64,000 nt of DNA from a candidate division WOR-3 bacterium (GCA_965649265.1 CBFGKC010000005.1:32001-96000), one strand, 5' to 3'. Positions 30,736 through 41,273 are shown, counted from the stretch's first letter. Numbers and translations are program-made. The notes: generated from the letters alone by a model not told the origin.

Positions 30736-32166
30736 CTACCTCACTATCACGATCTTCCGGGTGACGCCCACACTGCCCGATTCGAGCCGCGCGAAGTAGA
30801 CGCCTGCCGAAAATGCCGCGACCTTCACCTCGCCTTGCCTGCGGACGGCTAGACTTGAAACCATCCTGCCCGACGCGTCGTAGAGCTCGATGGTGCCTTG
30901 CTCGCCTTGGCTCAGGGAATATCGCAGGGTGATCTCCGAATTAATTGGCGAGGATATTTCGAGGTGGGGTGTTACGGGTGTTTCTGAGGAGGGTGTTTCT
31001 GAGGAGGGAGGCTCGGTGACACCTACGTTACCTAGCGAGTCGGTCTTGATGAGCCAGAGATCCATTTTTCCTGCGCCGTATGAGTCTGTTCCTCCCATGA
31101 CAATATAGCCGTTGTCCGGGGTAACCAGTACCCTATATCCGTAATCAAATCCACTTCCTCCAAAGATTCTATTGAAACGCTCTCCTCCAAAGTAACCACG
31201 TTCTGATAAAATAAGATCCGGATACTCATCCGTCCTGCATGAAACCCCGGTTACGATGTAAGCATTAGAACCGACACCGTTCTCAACGCAAAAGCCTTCT
31301 TGCTCTCCTTCTCCTCCCCACGCCGCTGTCCAATCATAATTTTCTAAATCAACAAAGTAAGTAGCTCCTAAGAAAATATCGGAAGGATCATCTGGATTTG
31401 GAGAACTCCACCCAACGCAGAGGTATCCGCCCGGCGACCATCTCTCCTGAATATAGTTTATATTACCTCCGGGGCTCTCATCCGTTGAGAAAACCTCACC
31501 TGAAGTGTCTATCCTTACGAAGCGGGTTCCCATTGTAAAAGACTGAACTAACAAAACGTATCCGTATACAAATTGGTGATTAATCTGGGCGCTGATTAGT
31601 AGATCATCCTCACTCTCACCGTAAGTCTTTGTCCATACTGTATCACCATCTCCTTCAATGCGCAGTATCCACACATCTGTACAACCGGCGCCCTCCGATT
31701 CTGTCTCGCCTAAAACCATATACCCCTCCGGCATCTCGAACACGAACTGACCACAATCAGACACACCAGGTAAACCATAACTACGTTTCCATACTGTGTC
31801 GCCAAGTGAATCGGCCTTCACTATCCACAGGTCTCCATCTAATGCCATTTCGCCAGCATCTCTATATCCTGTTATTATGTATCCACCATCCTTTGTTTGT
31901 TGAACATCTTCACCTACATCATTCATAGGTCCACCATACGTACGAGTCCACTGGGTATCACCTTGCTGGTTGACCTTCACCAGCCAGAGATCGTATGCAT
32001 TTGGAGACGTTGAGAAGGATTTTGTAGCACCGGTAATCACATACCCCGAGTCCGTTGTTTGCCGAATGCAACTTCCAAAATCGTCTGCTGTTTCCCCATA
32101 GGTCCGCATCCAGCCGGCAAAAAGGGAAATGAAAGAGACCAGGCTTGTAACAATCACTCGCTTCAC
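30736..32166 (-). CDS. Secreted beta-propeller-like repeat protein with T9SS/FlgD-Ig-like C-terminal domain
   Basis: Signal peptide; repeated W.RTYG...D.G..V.QT.DGGY units; C-terminal LYDASGR.V...AGVYF. Confidence 0.8.
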   Translation of the reverse strand: MKRVIVTSLVSFISLFAGWMRTYGETADDFGSCIRQTTDSGYVITGATKSFSTSPNAYDLWLVKVNQQGDTQWTRTYGGPMNDVGEDVQQTKDGGYIITGYRDAGEMALDGDLWIVKADSLGDTVWKRSYGLPGVSDCGQFVFEMPEGYMVLGETESEGAGCTDVWILRIEGDGDTVWTKTYGESEDDLLISAQINHQFVYGYVLLVQSFTMGTRFVRIDTSGEVFSTDESPGGNINYIQERWSPGGYLCVGWSSPNPDDPSDIFLGATYFVDLENYDWTAAWGGEGEQEGFCVENGVGSNAYIVTGVSCRTDEYPDLILSERGYFGGERFNRIFGGSGFDYGYRVLVTPDNGYIVMGGTDSYGAGKMDLWLIKTDSLGNVGVTEPPSSETPSSETPVTPHLEISSPINSEITLRYSLSQGEQGTIELYDASGRMVSSLAVRRQGEVKVAAFSAGVYFARLESGSVGVTRKIVIVR

Positions 32167-32233
32167 GCGAACCTCCAGTTATATAATCGGGTTACGATAC
32201 GCGGCGGCTGGGGATTGTCAAGTATGATTAAAA

Positions 32234-32371
32234 CCCTCACCGCCCCCTCCCCCCTACCCTATGGGGTGCAGGCACCCCAAGGGACACGCTGTCCATCAAG
32301 GAGGGGGAACTAACGGTACCCCCATCCGCCCGTAACTCCCTCACCCTACTCTCTACCGAAGGGCAAGGGGA
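32234..32371. repeat. REP-like C/G-rich elements
   Basis: Two CCCTCACC-headed units, reverse-complementary to the GGTGAGGG end of the element at 30551-30583; GGGGTGC/GCACCCC hairpin. Confidence 0.45.
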
Positions 32372-32399
32372 AACCTCCTGACCATGCCTTGCAACATCG

Positions 32400-32428
32400 T
32401 TGACACGAGTCCCGGCCGGAACTATAAT
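32400..32428 (+). promoter_or_regulatory. sigma70-type promoter
   Basis: TTGACA-N17-TATAAT. Confidence 0.75.
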
Positions 32429-32503
32429 CGGGGCCTGGTCGGAGAGGGCTCGCAGAGAGTCCGGATTGAGATTTTATTGACAAAATTACAAGGAGAGTTG
32501 GAG

Positions 32504-33871
32504 ATGAAGAAGTTCTTTAACTGGATCGATAAAACCTTCGTGAAGCCTGTGGAGGAATCAAAGATGCCCCTGGGCGCGTTCGTGCTACTTGCCGCCGCCT
32601 ACATACTCGCGCGCAACCTTTTCGAGGGCGCTTTCGAGTCCATGCACCTTCTGGGGCTCTCTACAATCACCCTTCTCGGAGTGGAGGAGATGTTTTTGCA
32701 CCTCATGTTCTCCTGGATGTATCTGTTCATGGTCATCATCGTGCTTCTGAGCTTTACCACCGGGCACGACATCCGCAAGATAACGAGGGTGCTCCTGACG
32801 TACTCCTTCATTATACTGATTCCCCCGTTCGTCGATTTCATCTTCATGCCCGGCGGCTTCCGGCTGGCCTATCCCAACGACATCTCGGTGACTTTCAAGA
32901 TCCTCTACGTTCTCGCAAGGCCCTGGATAATCTTCGACCCGCGGATGGTCTACGAGTATTCGCAGAACCTTCCCTACGGAGCCTCGCCCGGGATGGGCAT
33001 AGAGATAATACTCGGCATCATACTCGTGTTCATCTACACGTGGATGCGGTCCCCGACCACAAAGCGCAGGATAATAGCGCTCGTGCTGATACCGCTGGTG
33101 CTGTTCGGAACCATTCTCCTGACTGGCGGCGCGCAGGTGCTCATGGCCTCTTTCCCCGGCGACGCTCACTTAAGCAAAACCGTTTACTTCTCGGGAGGAC
33201 TGATAACTTCGCCCACGAGAAAGTACGCGCTCATTGTGATTCTTCCCTTCATAGTCGTGCTGTTCGTCGGCCTCTTGCTTTACAACAAGGAAAAAGCCCG
33301 CATGCTAATCCGCTCGATTGACCCGTTCCAGGCCGTTCTCGGAGCCGTTGCCGCGTGCGCCGGATTCCTGTTCGCATGGCTCGGACTCAAGGACGTGCTG
33401 ACCGGCGTCCCTCGCAACCCCTTCGATTACATCGCCCTTCTTGGACTCGCCGTGATGGGCGCTACATCAACCTCGACGAGGCTTTTCCTGTCATCAACGT
33501 GGGACGCGGCCAAGCCCCAGGACGAGCGCAAGACTTTCGCGAGAGCCGCAGGCGGAATGCTCATTCTCACAGTAGCTCTCGCCTGGTGCCTGGGTTACTC
33601 GAACCTCTTTATTCTCGTCGTCTCGCTGGTCTTCGGCCTCATCAACGCCATGCCGCCCCTGCGGCTCGCGCGGTGGAGCGTACCCTCCTCCCTGGCCAAC
33701 TCGTTCGCCGTACTCATGCTCGTCTACTGCGGATATTCGCTTTTCGCGACCGAGCGCACTTTCACCGTATTCCCATGGTGGCTGTCGCTGGCCGTTTTCG
33801 CACCTTTGCTCTTGCTCTTTCTGGCGCGTGAATTCATACTAAGGCGTCAGGTTCCACACAAGGCGGCCTGA
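32504..33871 (+). CDS. Polytopic membrane protein with degenerate UbiA-like C-terminal half
   Basis: Many TM segments; PPLRL motif; no NDxxDxxxD; AAGGAG RBS before ATG 32504. Confidence 0.55.
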   Translation: MKKFFNWIDKTFVKPVEESKMPLGAFVLLAAAYILARNLFEGAFESMHLLGLSTITLLGVEEMFLHLMFSWMYLFMVIIVLLSFTTGHDIRKITRVLLTYSFIILIPPFVDFIFMPGGFRLAYPNDISVTFKILYVLARPWIIFDPRMVYEYSQNLPYGASPGMGIEIILGIILVFIYTWMRSPTTKRRIIALVLIPLVLFGTILLTGGAQVLMASFPGDAHLSKTVYFSGGLITSPTRKYALIVILPFIVVLFVGLLLYNKEKARMLIRSIDPFQAVLGAVAACAGFLFAWLGLKDVLTGVPRNPFDYIALLGLAVMGATSTSTRLFLSSTWDAAKPQDERKTFARAAGGMLILTVALAWCLGYSNLFILVVSLVFGLINAMPPLRLARWSVPSSLANSFAVLMLVYCGYSLFATERTFTVFPWWLSLAVFAPLLLLFLAREFILRRQVPHKAA

Positions 33872-33873
33872 AG

Positions 33874-35052
33874 ATGAACAAGGAACAACGCATAAGCCCG
33901 GCACTCCTCGCAGTGGGCATAGCCGCGGCCCTGGCTCTGGCCGTTCTGCCGCCCCTTCTTTTAAGGCTTTCCCTGCTCTGGTTCATCACCCCCGTCGTCG
34001 CGCTGGTGGCACTTGCGGGCGTATTCTTCAAACGCGCCTGGCTGCTTACGCTCTCGGCAAGTCTTCTCTTGATAGTAATAGTACTCGCCTTCACGAAAGC
34101 GTATCCGACAATGACTCAGAATGAGAAAAACAAACTTTACTCCACCGGGCAGATTGTCAAAGGAGACGTTTACTACGTGAGAGCCGATTACCCCAGGGCG
34201 CTCGAGGCTTACAGGCAAAGCGAAACTCAATGGATCATCGATCCCTGGATCGAGTATCAGCGCGCAAGATGTTACAATTACACAGGGCAGAACCAGACGG
34301 CCTTCGAGCTGTACTTGTACCTGGCGAAGTATCCTTTCGACATACCGCCCGAGATGCTCGAAACAGATTTGGCTCTAGCAGCTCTTAAGGCTTACCTTTT
34401 CGAAGACGGCGAGGCGCTTTTTACACAAGCCATAGACCAGAACTTCAGACCCGGGTACTCCTTTTTCCAGCTCGGGGTATTTAACAGGATGAACGCGCAG
34501 GGCGACAAGGCGGAGGAGATGTTCACTAAGGCACACAGGCTCGGATATGAGCGCTCGGATTGCTCTTCGCTTCTCGGCGAGATTGCCGAGGATCGCAAAA
34601 ACTACGCCCTTGCCGAGGAACTGTACCGCCGCGGCCTGCACGAGAGCTTCGAGAATCTGGCCCTTTACGCCAAGCTGGGCAGCTTACTGCACCGACTGGG
34701 GCGCACCGATGAGGCGCTTAAGATTCTTCTGGACGGGTTCAACATAGCCACTTACGTTCCTTTCAACCCGAGAGCGACCGCGATGATACTCAACAACCTG
34801 GGCTACATATACGGCGACCAGGGCAAATCGGGCCAGGCCATTATGGCCTTCAAACAAGCCATCCACAGCGACCCTACCTTTTATGATTCGTACGATAACC
34901 TGGCATACGTCTACATGCAAACAGGCAGGAACGCCGAGGCTCTTCAAATTCTCCAGACGGCCCTCAAGATGGATCCGAATCACGAAACCGCCAGGCAGTT
35001 GATAAATCAGATAACCGGCGGTTACACCGCATCGCCCGATACCGTAAAGTAA
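33874..35052 (+). CDS. Membrane-anchored tetratricopeptide repeat protein
   Basis: Three N-terminal TM helices, multiple TPR units (NNLG..Y...G....A...F..A...DP). Confidence 0.85.
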   Translation: MNKEQRISPALLAVGIAAALALAVLPPLLLRLSLLWFITPVVALVALAGVFFKRAWLLTLSASLLLIVIVLAFTKAYPTMTQNEKNKLYSTGQIVKGDVYYVRADYPRALEAYRQSETQWIIDPWIEYQRARCYNYTGQNQTAFELYLYLAKYPFDIPPEMLETDLALAALKAYLFEDGEALFTQAIDQNFRPGYSFFQLGVFNRMNAQGDKAEEMFTKAHRLGYERSDCSSLLGEIAEDRKNYALAEELYRRGLHESFENLALYAKLGSLLHRLGRTDEALKILLDGFNIATYVPFNPRATAMILNNLGYIYGDQGKSGQAIMAFKQAIHSDPTFYDSYDNLAYVYMQTGRNAEALQILQTALKMDPNHETARQLINQITGGYTASPDTVK

Positions 35053-35138
35053 TGACCTGGATACAAGAGCGTGCAAGCGAAGAGATCGGGAAACGGGTGT
35101 GAGTACCTTTTTACTTTCGGGAACGGACTTTTAACAGA

Positions 35139-36563
35139 TTAAAGGTCAGCCGCCCTGTTGGGCAGGCTGCCCGGAGCTTCCTCCGGGAAATCATGCGTCT
35201 CCGAGGATCCCCCGGGGAGGTTTTCGTAAATGATATTTTTGCGGCAGTCGGAAAAGATGGTGACGACGGGGCTCCTTACGACGTCGCGCCAGATGAAATC
35301 GAGTCCCATGGAAGAAAGCCTCTCCCGGATCAATCTCGAGAATTGCTTCACGTAAATATCGAGAGGCTGGTTGAGTATTTTTATGGTCTCGCGCAGCAGA
35401 TAGTGCATCTGGGCCGATGAAATTAGAGGGTGATTCCACACGAGGTACTTGGCGTCGTAGTGACGCCAGGTCCGGTCAAAGACACCGTAGCGGGAATCCA
35501 GTTCGTCCCACAGGGGCGTTCCGGGAAACGGGGTTATCACGTTGACCTGATGCGCGTCAAACCCGGCTCCCTTGAGCCGCATCACGTCTTCCATGCTTTG
35601 GCCGGCGTCCATGTGTTCGTACCCGAGCATATAGTAGGCCATGCGGTACATGCCCTTCTTCGCGGAGGTTAGCCTGGTGAATTCGTAAACGTCGTCGACC
35701 CTCTGTTTTTTGTCGACGGCATCCATCGCGTTCTGGCTCATGGTCTCGACGCCGACCAGTGGAAAGCGAAGCCCCCGGTCATACCAGGAATCCAGGTTTC
35801 TCATGAATATCCCCACGCGACTTTGTGCCCACCACCGCATTCTCGATCGGGCAAGCATCTCCGAAACCCTTTCGGCATGCGCGGGATTGAATCCGAAAAG
35901 CTCGTCCAGCACAAAAACGTCCGTTATGCCCCTCTTGCGGTAGGAGGCAAGGACGCGTTCGATGCTTTCGAGATTCACCGGGAAGTGCTTGTGGTCGAAC
36001 GTAGGCGTCTGGCAAAACGTGCATTTGAAAGGACACCCGTGCTGCGTGTAAAGAACCCCGACGTTCATGTATGGTATTTGAAGCCCCGTCATGTAGAACG
36101 AAAGAGGCCAGGTCATGAAAGGGTGCTCGACGTCTCTCACTCGGCGTCCGAACACCTGCGCTACATCGTCCTCCGACGCCCCCATGAACACGCGATCCAC
36201 GCGCGAGGGAATGGAGGGATCAATGGAACCGTAGTTGCCCGCCCAAAGCTCCTTGACTCCTTGCCTCCTCGCCTCCTCGATCATCTCGAGCACCTCCCCT
36301 ATCTCGTTCTGGTAAAAGCTGAAACCTACCACGTCCCAGCCTTCTTTGAGCTTTTCGACGTATTCGTGCCACATGGGGTACTCGAGTATTTCCAGTTCCT
36401 GCACGTTCTGTTTGAGGAATCGAAGGCCGGGCGAGGCGGTACGGAGCATTGATACCCTCGGGTTAAGGTAGACGTTCTGACCCACGTAATCGAGGTAATC
36501 ACCGGGCCACCTGCGGTATACCGTACATAATAGCACACGGGGATTAGAGGACAAGGCCTTCAC
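35139..36563 (-). CDS. Radical SAM protein with B12-binding-like N-terminal domain (paralog 5)
   Basis: GCPFKCTFC; WDVVGFSF...WAGNYG; TPFPGTP; GTG 36563 chosen by alignment to paralogs. Confidence 0.88.
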   Translation of the reverse strand: MKALSSNPRVLLCTVYRRWPGDYLDYVGQNVYLNPRVSMLRTASPGLRFLKQNVQELEILEYPMWHEYVEKLKEGWDVVGFSFYQNEIGEVLEMIEEARRQGVKELWAGNYGSIDPSIPSRVDRVFMGASEDDVAQVFGRRVRDVEHPFMTWPLSFYMTGLQIPYMNVGVLYTQHGCPFKCTFCQTPTFDHKHFPVNLESIERVLASYRKRGITDVFVLDELFGFNPAHAERVSEMLARSRMRWWAQSRVGIFMRNLDSWYDRGLRFPLVGVETMSQNAMDAVDKKQRVDDVYEFTRLTSAKKGMYRMAYYMLGYEHMDAGQSMEDVMRLKGAGFDAHQVNVITPFPGTPLWDELDSRYGVFDRTWRHYDAKYLVWNHPLISSAQMHYLLRETIKILNQPLDIYVKQFSRLIRERLSSMGLDFIWRDVVRSPVVTIFSDCRKNIIYENLPGGSSETHDFPEEAPGSLPNRAADL

Positions 36564-36862
36564 GAAGGCACCTTTACGCATGCAAAAAAAAGGCACAAAA
36601 GCGCCCTTGAGATTCCAAATACCGGACCACTATCCATACCGGCATAATAATATAGCACGAATAATAGATGTCAAGTGAAATCGACAAACCCATATGAAGG
36701 GAGGGGGAGGGGTTGTGGAAACTGACACTTTCAGATACTCGTGTTATTCAAAATAAAGAGAGCCTTGACTTAAGACCGGTCCCGGACCCTTAAAAGAAAA
36801 AGCCGGTGACCTTCTTTCTGCAACACTCGGCGTGAGGTTATATCTTATTTTACGCAGCGGAC

Positions 36863-38215
36863 TCAATTCCTGGGCAGGAATACCTGTTTGCGGTCGTTGA
36901 TTAAGAGCGAGGAGATGGGACCCCTTACGAGATCACGCCAGACAAATCCCAGCCCCTGTCTTTCAAGACGCACCATCGCCAGGCGCAGGAAGTTCTTGAG
37001 GTAAATATCGGTAGATCTGTTAAGGTAATGGATAACGGTGGCGCGCAAATAATGCATTTGAACGGGTGACATCAGAGGGTGGTTCCACACCAGGTGTTTG
37101 AGGTCGAAGTTGCGATACTTCCGTTCAAAGATGCCGTACCTGGCGTCGTATTCGTCCCACAGCGGGGTTTTCGGAAACGGGGTAAGCACCGTTATCGTGT
37201 GCGCGTCGAACCCGGCTCGCTTGAGAAATACCGCGCTTTCTATCGTATCTTCAACCCTCATGTGGGGATAGCCGATCATGGTGTACACCATCCGGTACAT
37301 GTCTTTCTTTTCCCTGGTGCGCCGGGCGTATTCGAGAATTTGCTCGACGCTTTGTTTCTTGTCCAGATCGTCCAGCGACTTCTGATTCATGGACTCAAGG
37401 CCTATAAGTGGGAATCTCAACCCGCGCTCGTACCAGACATCAAGATGACGCATGAACATGGTTGCGCGTGACTGGGCCCACCAGCGAAACTTGTACTTGG
37501 CGAAGAGCCTTGTGAGCTTGTCTGTGTAGCCGGCAAACACACCAAAGAGCTCATCCTGAGGAAACACGTCGGTTATACCCAATTTTTTATAGTAGCGAAG
37601 CACCCTTTCCACGCTTTCAAAATCTATGGTGGACATCCGCGTGTTGAAGGAAGGGGTCTGGCAGAACGTGCACTTGTAGGGGCACCCGCGTTCGGTAAAG
37701 AGAACACCGAGCGTAAGATGGCGGATATTTCCCGGCAGGAAGCTCAAAGGCATGAACAGGGGAGGGTGCTTGACCGATCCTTCGGGCACGCGATATCCGA
37801 ACGCCTGAGCCACGTGATCCTCTCCCGGGCCGATGAAGATGCGGTCGGCTATTTTGGGAATTTTATAATCGAGAGCGCCGTAATTGCCGGCCCAGATCTC
37901 CTTCACTCCATGCCTGCGAGCCTCGTCGGCCATTAGCTCTATCTCGGCGATTTCGTTCTGGTGAAAACTGAACCCGACCACGTCCCAGCCTTCCTTGAGT
38001 TTTTTTACGTAATCGTGCCACATTGGATAGTCCAGTATCTCGACCTCGGGCACGTTCTGCTTGATAAAATGCAGACCGAAACCCATGCGCCGCGGTACGG
38101 TGACCCTCGGAAGATCGTAGGTGGTCTCGCCGACTACGTCCCAGTAATCGGAAGGAAATCTCCTGAAGCACGTGGTCAAAAGCACTCTAGGATTGCTGGA
38201 CAGCACCTTCGTCAC
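36863..38215 (-). CDS. Radical SAM protein with B12-binding-like N-terminal domain (paralog 4)
   Basis: GCPYKCTFC; same conserved blocks as neighbours. Confidence 0.88.
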   Translation of the reverse strand: MTKVLSSNPRVLLTTCFRRFPSDYWDVVGETTYDLPRVTVPRRMGFGLHFIKQNVPEVEILDYPMWHDYVKKLKEGWDVVGFSFHQNEIAEIELMADEARRHGVKEIWAGNYGALDYKIPKIADRIFIGPGEDHVAQAFGYRVPEGSVKHPPLFMPLSFLPGNIRHLTLGVLFTERGCPYKCTFCQTPSFNTRMSTIDFESVERVLRYYKKLGITDVFPQDELFGVFAGYTDKLTRLFAKYKFRWWAQSRATMFMRHLDVWYERGLRFPLIGLESMNQKSLDDLDKKQSVEQILEYARRTREKKDMYRMVYTMIGYPHMRVEDTIESAVFLKRAGFDAHTITVLTPFPKTPLWDEYDARYGIFERKYRNFDLKHLVWNHPLMSPVQMHYLRATVIHYLNRSTDIYLKNFLRLAMVRLERQGLGFVWRDLVRGPISSLLINDRKQVFLPRN

Positions 38216-38386
38216 AGAAAGCTCCGCCGTTGAATACTTCCGTTGTGACCCAACCCGGGAATCTTACGAACAAATTTCACACTTAATGATATCTTTTTCA
38301 TCCCTCGAGTCAATCGGTAAAAAAAAGTCATATCCAGCCCGGAATTCTTGAGGTTACATGCGGAGACAAGATAAACACTTCACCTG

Positions 38387-39781
38387 TTAAACCTCTTTTT
38401 GGCAAAGATTTGTAAAATAAACCTGTTTCCGGTCGTCAATCCTTGTCGAATCCAACGGCCCCTTGACGAGATCGCGCCAGATGAAATAAGGCCCGTCACT
38501 GCGAAGCCTGTTCAAGACCAGTCTCGTAAACCCCCTGCCATATATGTCAAGAGGCTTGTTGAGTGTCCCTATCACGGTTTTCAGGAGGTACTTCATTTCA
38601 CCGGGCAGAATGTGGGGGTGGTTCCAAACGAGGTGTTTGGCGTCGTAATGCGGGTAAGCGCTGTCAAATATTCCATAGCGAGTCGATAGTTCATCCCAGA
38701 GAAGCGTCTTCGGGAAAGGGGTGATGACGTTTACCTGGTGAGCGTCGAATCCCGCTCGCTTAAGCCTTAAAGCGTCCGCAATCGTCTCTTCGGCATTCAG
38801 ATTATCGTAGCCTATCATGTAAAACGCCATGCGATACATGCCCGGTTTTTCGCGTGTGCGGCGCGAGAATTCGTACACCTGTTCTATTCGCTGGCGTTTA
38901 TCTATGCCGTCCATCGCGCTCTGGCTCATCGTTTCCACGCCTATCACCGGAAACCGCAGTCCTCGCTCGTACCACGTATCGAGGTTGCGCATGAACAGGG
39001 CCGCGCGCGACTGGGCCCACCAGCGAATCTTGTGCTTTGCGAAAAGGAGGGTCAGCTTGTCGGCAAACTTTTGGTCTATGCCGAAAAGCTCATCAAGCAG
39101 CATTATGTCGTTTATGCCCAGTTTTTTGTAGTAGGCCACAACCCTTTCGACGCTCTCGAAATTCACCGTATACATGTTGTTTTCGTACACAGGGGTCTGG
39201 CAAAACGTGCACTTGTAAGGGCATCCCCGCTGGGTATACATAACGCCGAGGGTAAGGTGGCGTATTCTGCCCGGCACGAAGTTGATGTGCATCATGCCCA
39301 CTGGATGCTCTACCGCTTCGTTCGTGACGCGTTTTCCGAACACTCGCGCAACCGGGTCCTCCCCCGCCCCCGTAAAAACCCTGTCCACCAGGGCCGGTAC
39401 ATGCTCGTCCAGGGCACCGTGCCCGCCCGCCCATATCTCCTTTATCCCCTGGCGTCTTGCCTCGGCAATCATGCGCTTGACGTGCTCGATTTCACGTTGA
39501 AAGAAACTGAATCCCACAACATCCCAGCCTTCCTTGAGTTTTTGGACGTACTCGTGCCACAAGGGGAACTCTAGTATCTCGACCTCGGGGACGTTTTGCT
39601 TGATGTAGCGCAGACCAAGGTTCATTCTGCGTTCAATTGTTACCCTGGGAAGGAAATATACGTTCTCGCGAATATACTCCCAGTAGTCTGTGTCGTGGGT
39701 TCTGTACGGTGTACAAAGGAGCACCTTCGGGTTCGTCGAAAGCGCTTTCTCCTTTCCTTCACTCGAACTTCTCATTTTCAT
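38387..39781 (-). CDS. Radical SAM protein with B12-binding-like N-terminal domain (paralog 3)
   Basis: GCPYKCTFC; same conserved blocks. Confidence 0.88.
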   Translation of the reverse strand: MKMRSSSEGKEKALSTNPKVLLCTPYRTHDTDYWEYIRENVYFLPRVTIERRMNLGLRYIKQNVPEVEILEFPLWHEYVQKLKEGWDVVGFSFFQREIEHVKRMIAEARRQGIKEIWAGGHGALDEHVPALVDRVFTGAGEDPVARVFGKRVTNEAVEHPVGMMHINFVPGRIRHLTLGVMYTQRGCPYKCTFCQTPVYENNMYTVNFESVERVVAYYKKLGINDIMLLDELFGIDQKFADKLTLLFAKHKIRWWAQSRAALFMRNLDTWYERGLRFPVIGVETMSQSAMDGIDKRQRIEQVYEFSRRTREKPGMYRMAFYMIGYDNLNAEETIADALRLKRAGFDAHQVNVITPFPKTLLWDELSTRYGIFDSAYPHYDAKHLVWNHPHILPGEMKYLLKTVIGTLNKPLDIYGRGFTRLVLNRLRSDGPYFIWRDLVKGPLDSTRIDDRKQVYFTNLCQKEV

Positions 39782-39822
39782 CTCACTCTAAACACCGTTA
39801 CCTTTCACAAAGGGTTTATACT

Positions 39823-39870
39823 ATGTTACAGTTTATTCGGCTGTTGTCAAGTTTACTAGTAAATTTGACA
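39823..39870 (-). promoter_or_regulatory. Promoter with overlapping 26-bp palindrome
   Basis: TTGACA-N16-TAACAT; TGTCAAGTTTACTAGTAAATTTGACA at 39845-39870. Confidence 0.55.
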
Positions 39871-39938
39871 TTGTGGATACAAAAAAGAGCTGTCTGTAAA
39901 GTGCAGACACGAATCCAGGATGTTCTTTGTGGAAAATT

Positions 39939-41273
39939 TCAAATATGGACTTGCTTGCGAGGGTCCAGAAGCATTGCGGCAACGGGTGATTTTAATACGT
40001 CCTGCCACAGAAACCGGAATCCGTCCGACGCGAAGCGCTGCCTTACGAGGCGGGAAAACGAGCGGCCGTAGATATCGAGGGGCTTGTTCAGGAACGCGAT
40101 CGCCGTGTTCCGCAGGCGGTGCATGTTTTGAGCGGAGATGTGGGGGTGTTTCCAGACCAGATACTTGGCGTCATAGTGCCGGTAGGTGCGGTCGATTATC
40201 CCGTAGCGCGAGGAAAGCTCGTCCCACAAGGGTGTCGCCGGGAAAGGAGTGATCACGTTTATCTGGTGCGCGTCAAAGCCCGCCGCCTTCAGCCGGACCA
40301 CGTCCTCAAACGTCTGGTGGGCGTCCATGTGTTCGTACCCTATCATGTAGTATGCCATACGGTACATGCCGCTGCGTTCGCCGGTTCGTCTGATGAATTC
40401 CTCAACTTCCTCGAGCTTTTGTTTCTTGTCTATATTGTTCAGAGCGGTCTGGCTCATGGTTTCAACGCCGACAAGGGGAAACCTGAGTCCGCGCTCGTAC
40501 CAGGAGTCGAGGTGGTTAAGAAAAAGCGACATGCGCGACTGGGCCCACCACCGCATTCCGTACCTGGCGAGTATCTCCGTGATCTCCTCAGCGGACTTGG
40601 GCTTGTATCCGAAAAGTTCGTCGAGAATGAGGACGTCCGTGATCCCTATCTTCTTGTAGTATCTGATTACCCGTTCGATGCTCTCGATGCTGACGGATTG
40701 ATGGTTGGTATCATATACAGGCGTCTGGCAAAACGTGCATTTGAAAGGGCACCCGTGCTGCGTGTACAAAAGACCGATCTGGAGATATGGAATGTCGCCG
40801 GGGATGAAGGTAATGGGCCAGAACATGACGGGGTGCCTGACATCGGTGACACGGCGACCGAATGCCTGCGCCACCGCGTCCTCGGAAACCCCGTGGAACA
40901 CGCGGTCAACCGCTTTCGGGATGACAGGGTTAAGGCTGCCGTACCCCCCCGCCCAGAGTTCCTTCACGCCCTGCCTGCGGGCCTCTTCGGCCATTTTCGA
41001 CACTTCGCCTATCTCGTTCTCGAAGAACGAGAATCCGACCACGTCCCATCCCTCTTTCAGCTTTTCCGCATATTCGCGCCAGGACGGGTATTCGAGTATC
41101 TCGATCTCGGGAACGTTCTGCTTCAGAAAACGCAGCCCGGGCGAAGCCTTGCGCTTGAGGGCCACCCTGGGCGTGAGGTAGACGTTCTCGCCGATGTAAT
41201 CGAGATAATCGTCCCTGAACCGCCTGTAGACGGTTGAGAGAAGAATCTTCGGATTAGTGGAGAGAGTCTTCAC
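39939..41273 (-). CDS. Radical SAM protein with B12-binding-like N-terminal domain (paralog 2)
   Basis: GCPFKCTFC; GTGA-coupled to paralog 1. Confidence 0.88.
   Translation of the reverse strand: MKTLSTNPKILLSTVYRRFRDDYLDYIGENVYLTPRVALKRKASPGLRFLKQNVPEIEILEYPSWREYAEKLKEGWDVVGFSFFENEIGEVSKMAEEARRQGVKELWAGGYGSLNPVIPKAVDRVFHGVSEDAVAQAFGRRVTDVRHPVMFWPITFIPGDIPYLQIGLLYTQHGCPFKCTFCQTPVYDTNHQSVSIESIERVIRYYKKIGITDVLILDELFGYKPKSAEEITEILARYGMRWWAQSRMSLFLNHLDSWYERGLRFPLVGVETMSQTALNNIDKKQKLEEVEEFIRRTGERSGMYRMAYYMIGYEHMDAHQTFEDVVRLKAAGFDAHQINVITPFPATPLWDELSSRYGIIDRTYRHYDAKYLVWKHPHISAQNMHRLRNTAIAFLNKPLDIYGRSFSRLVRQRFASDGFRFLWQDVLKSPVAAMLLDPRKQVHI

Noticed and set aside
40119-41237. 372-aa plus-strand ORF and similar antisense ORFs over the other radical SAM genes
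   Set aside because: Mirror-frame shadows of conserved minus-strand genes; no recognisable motifs.
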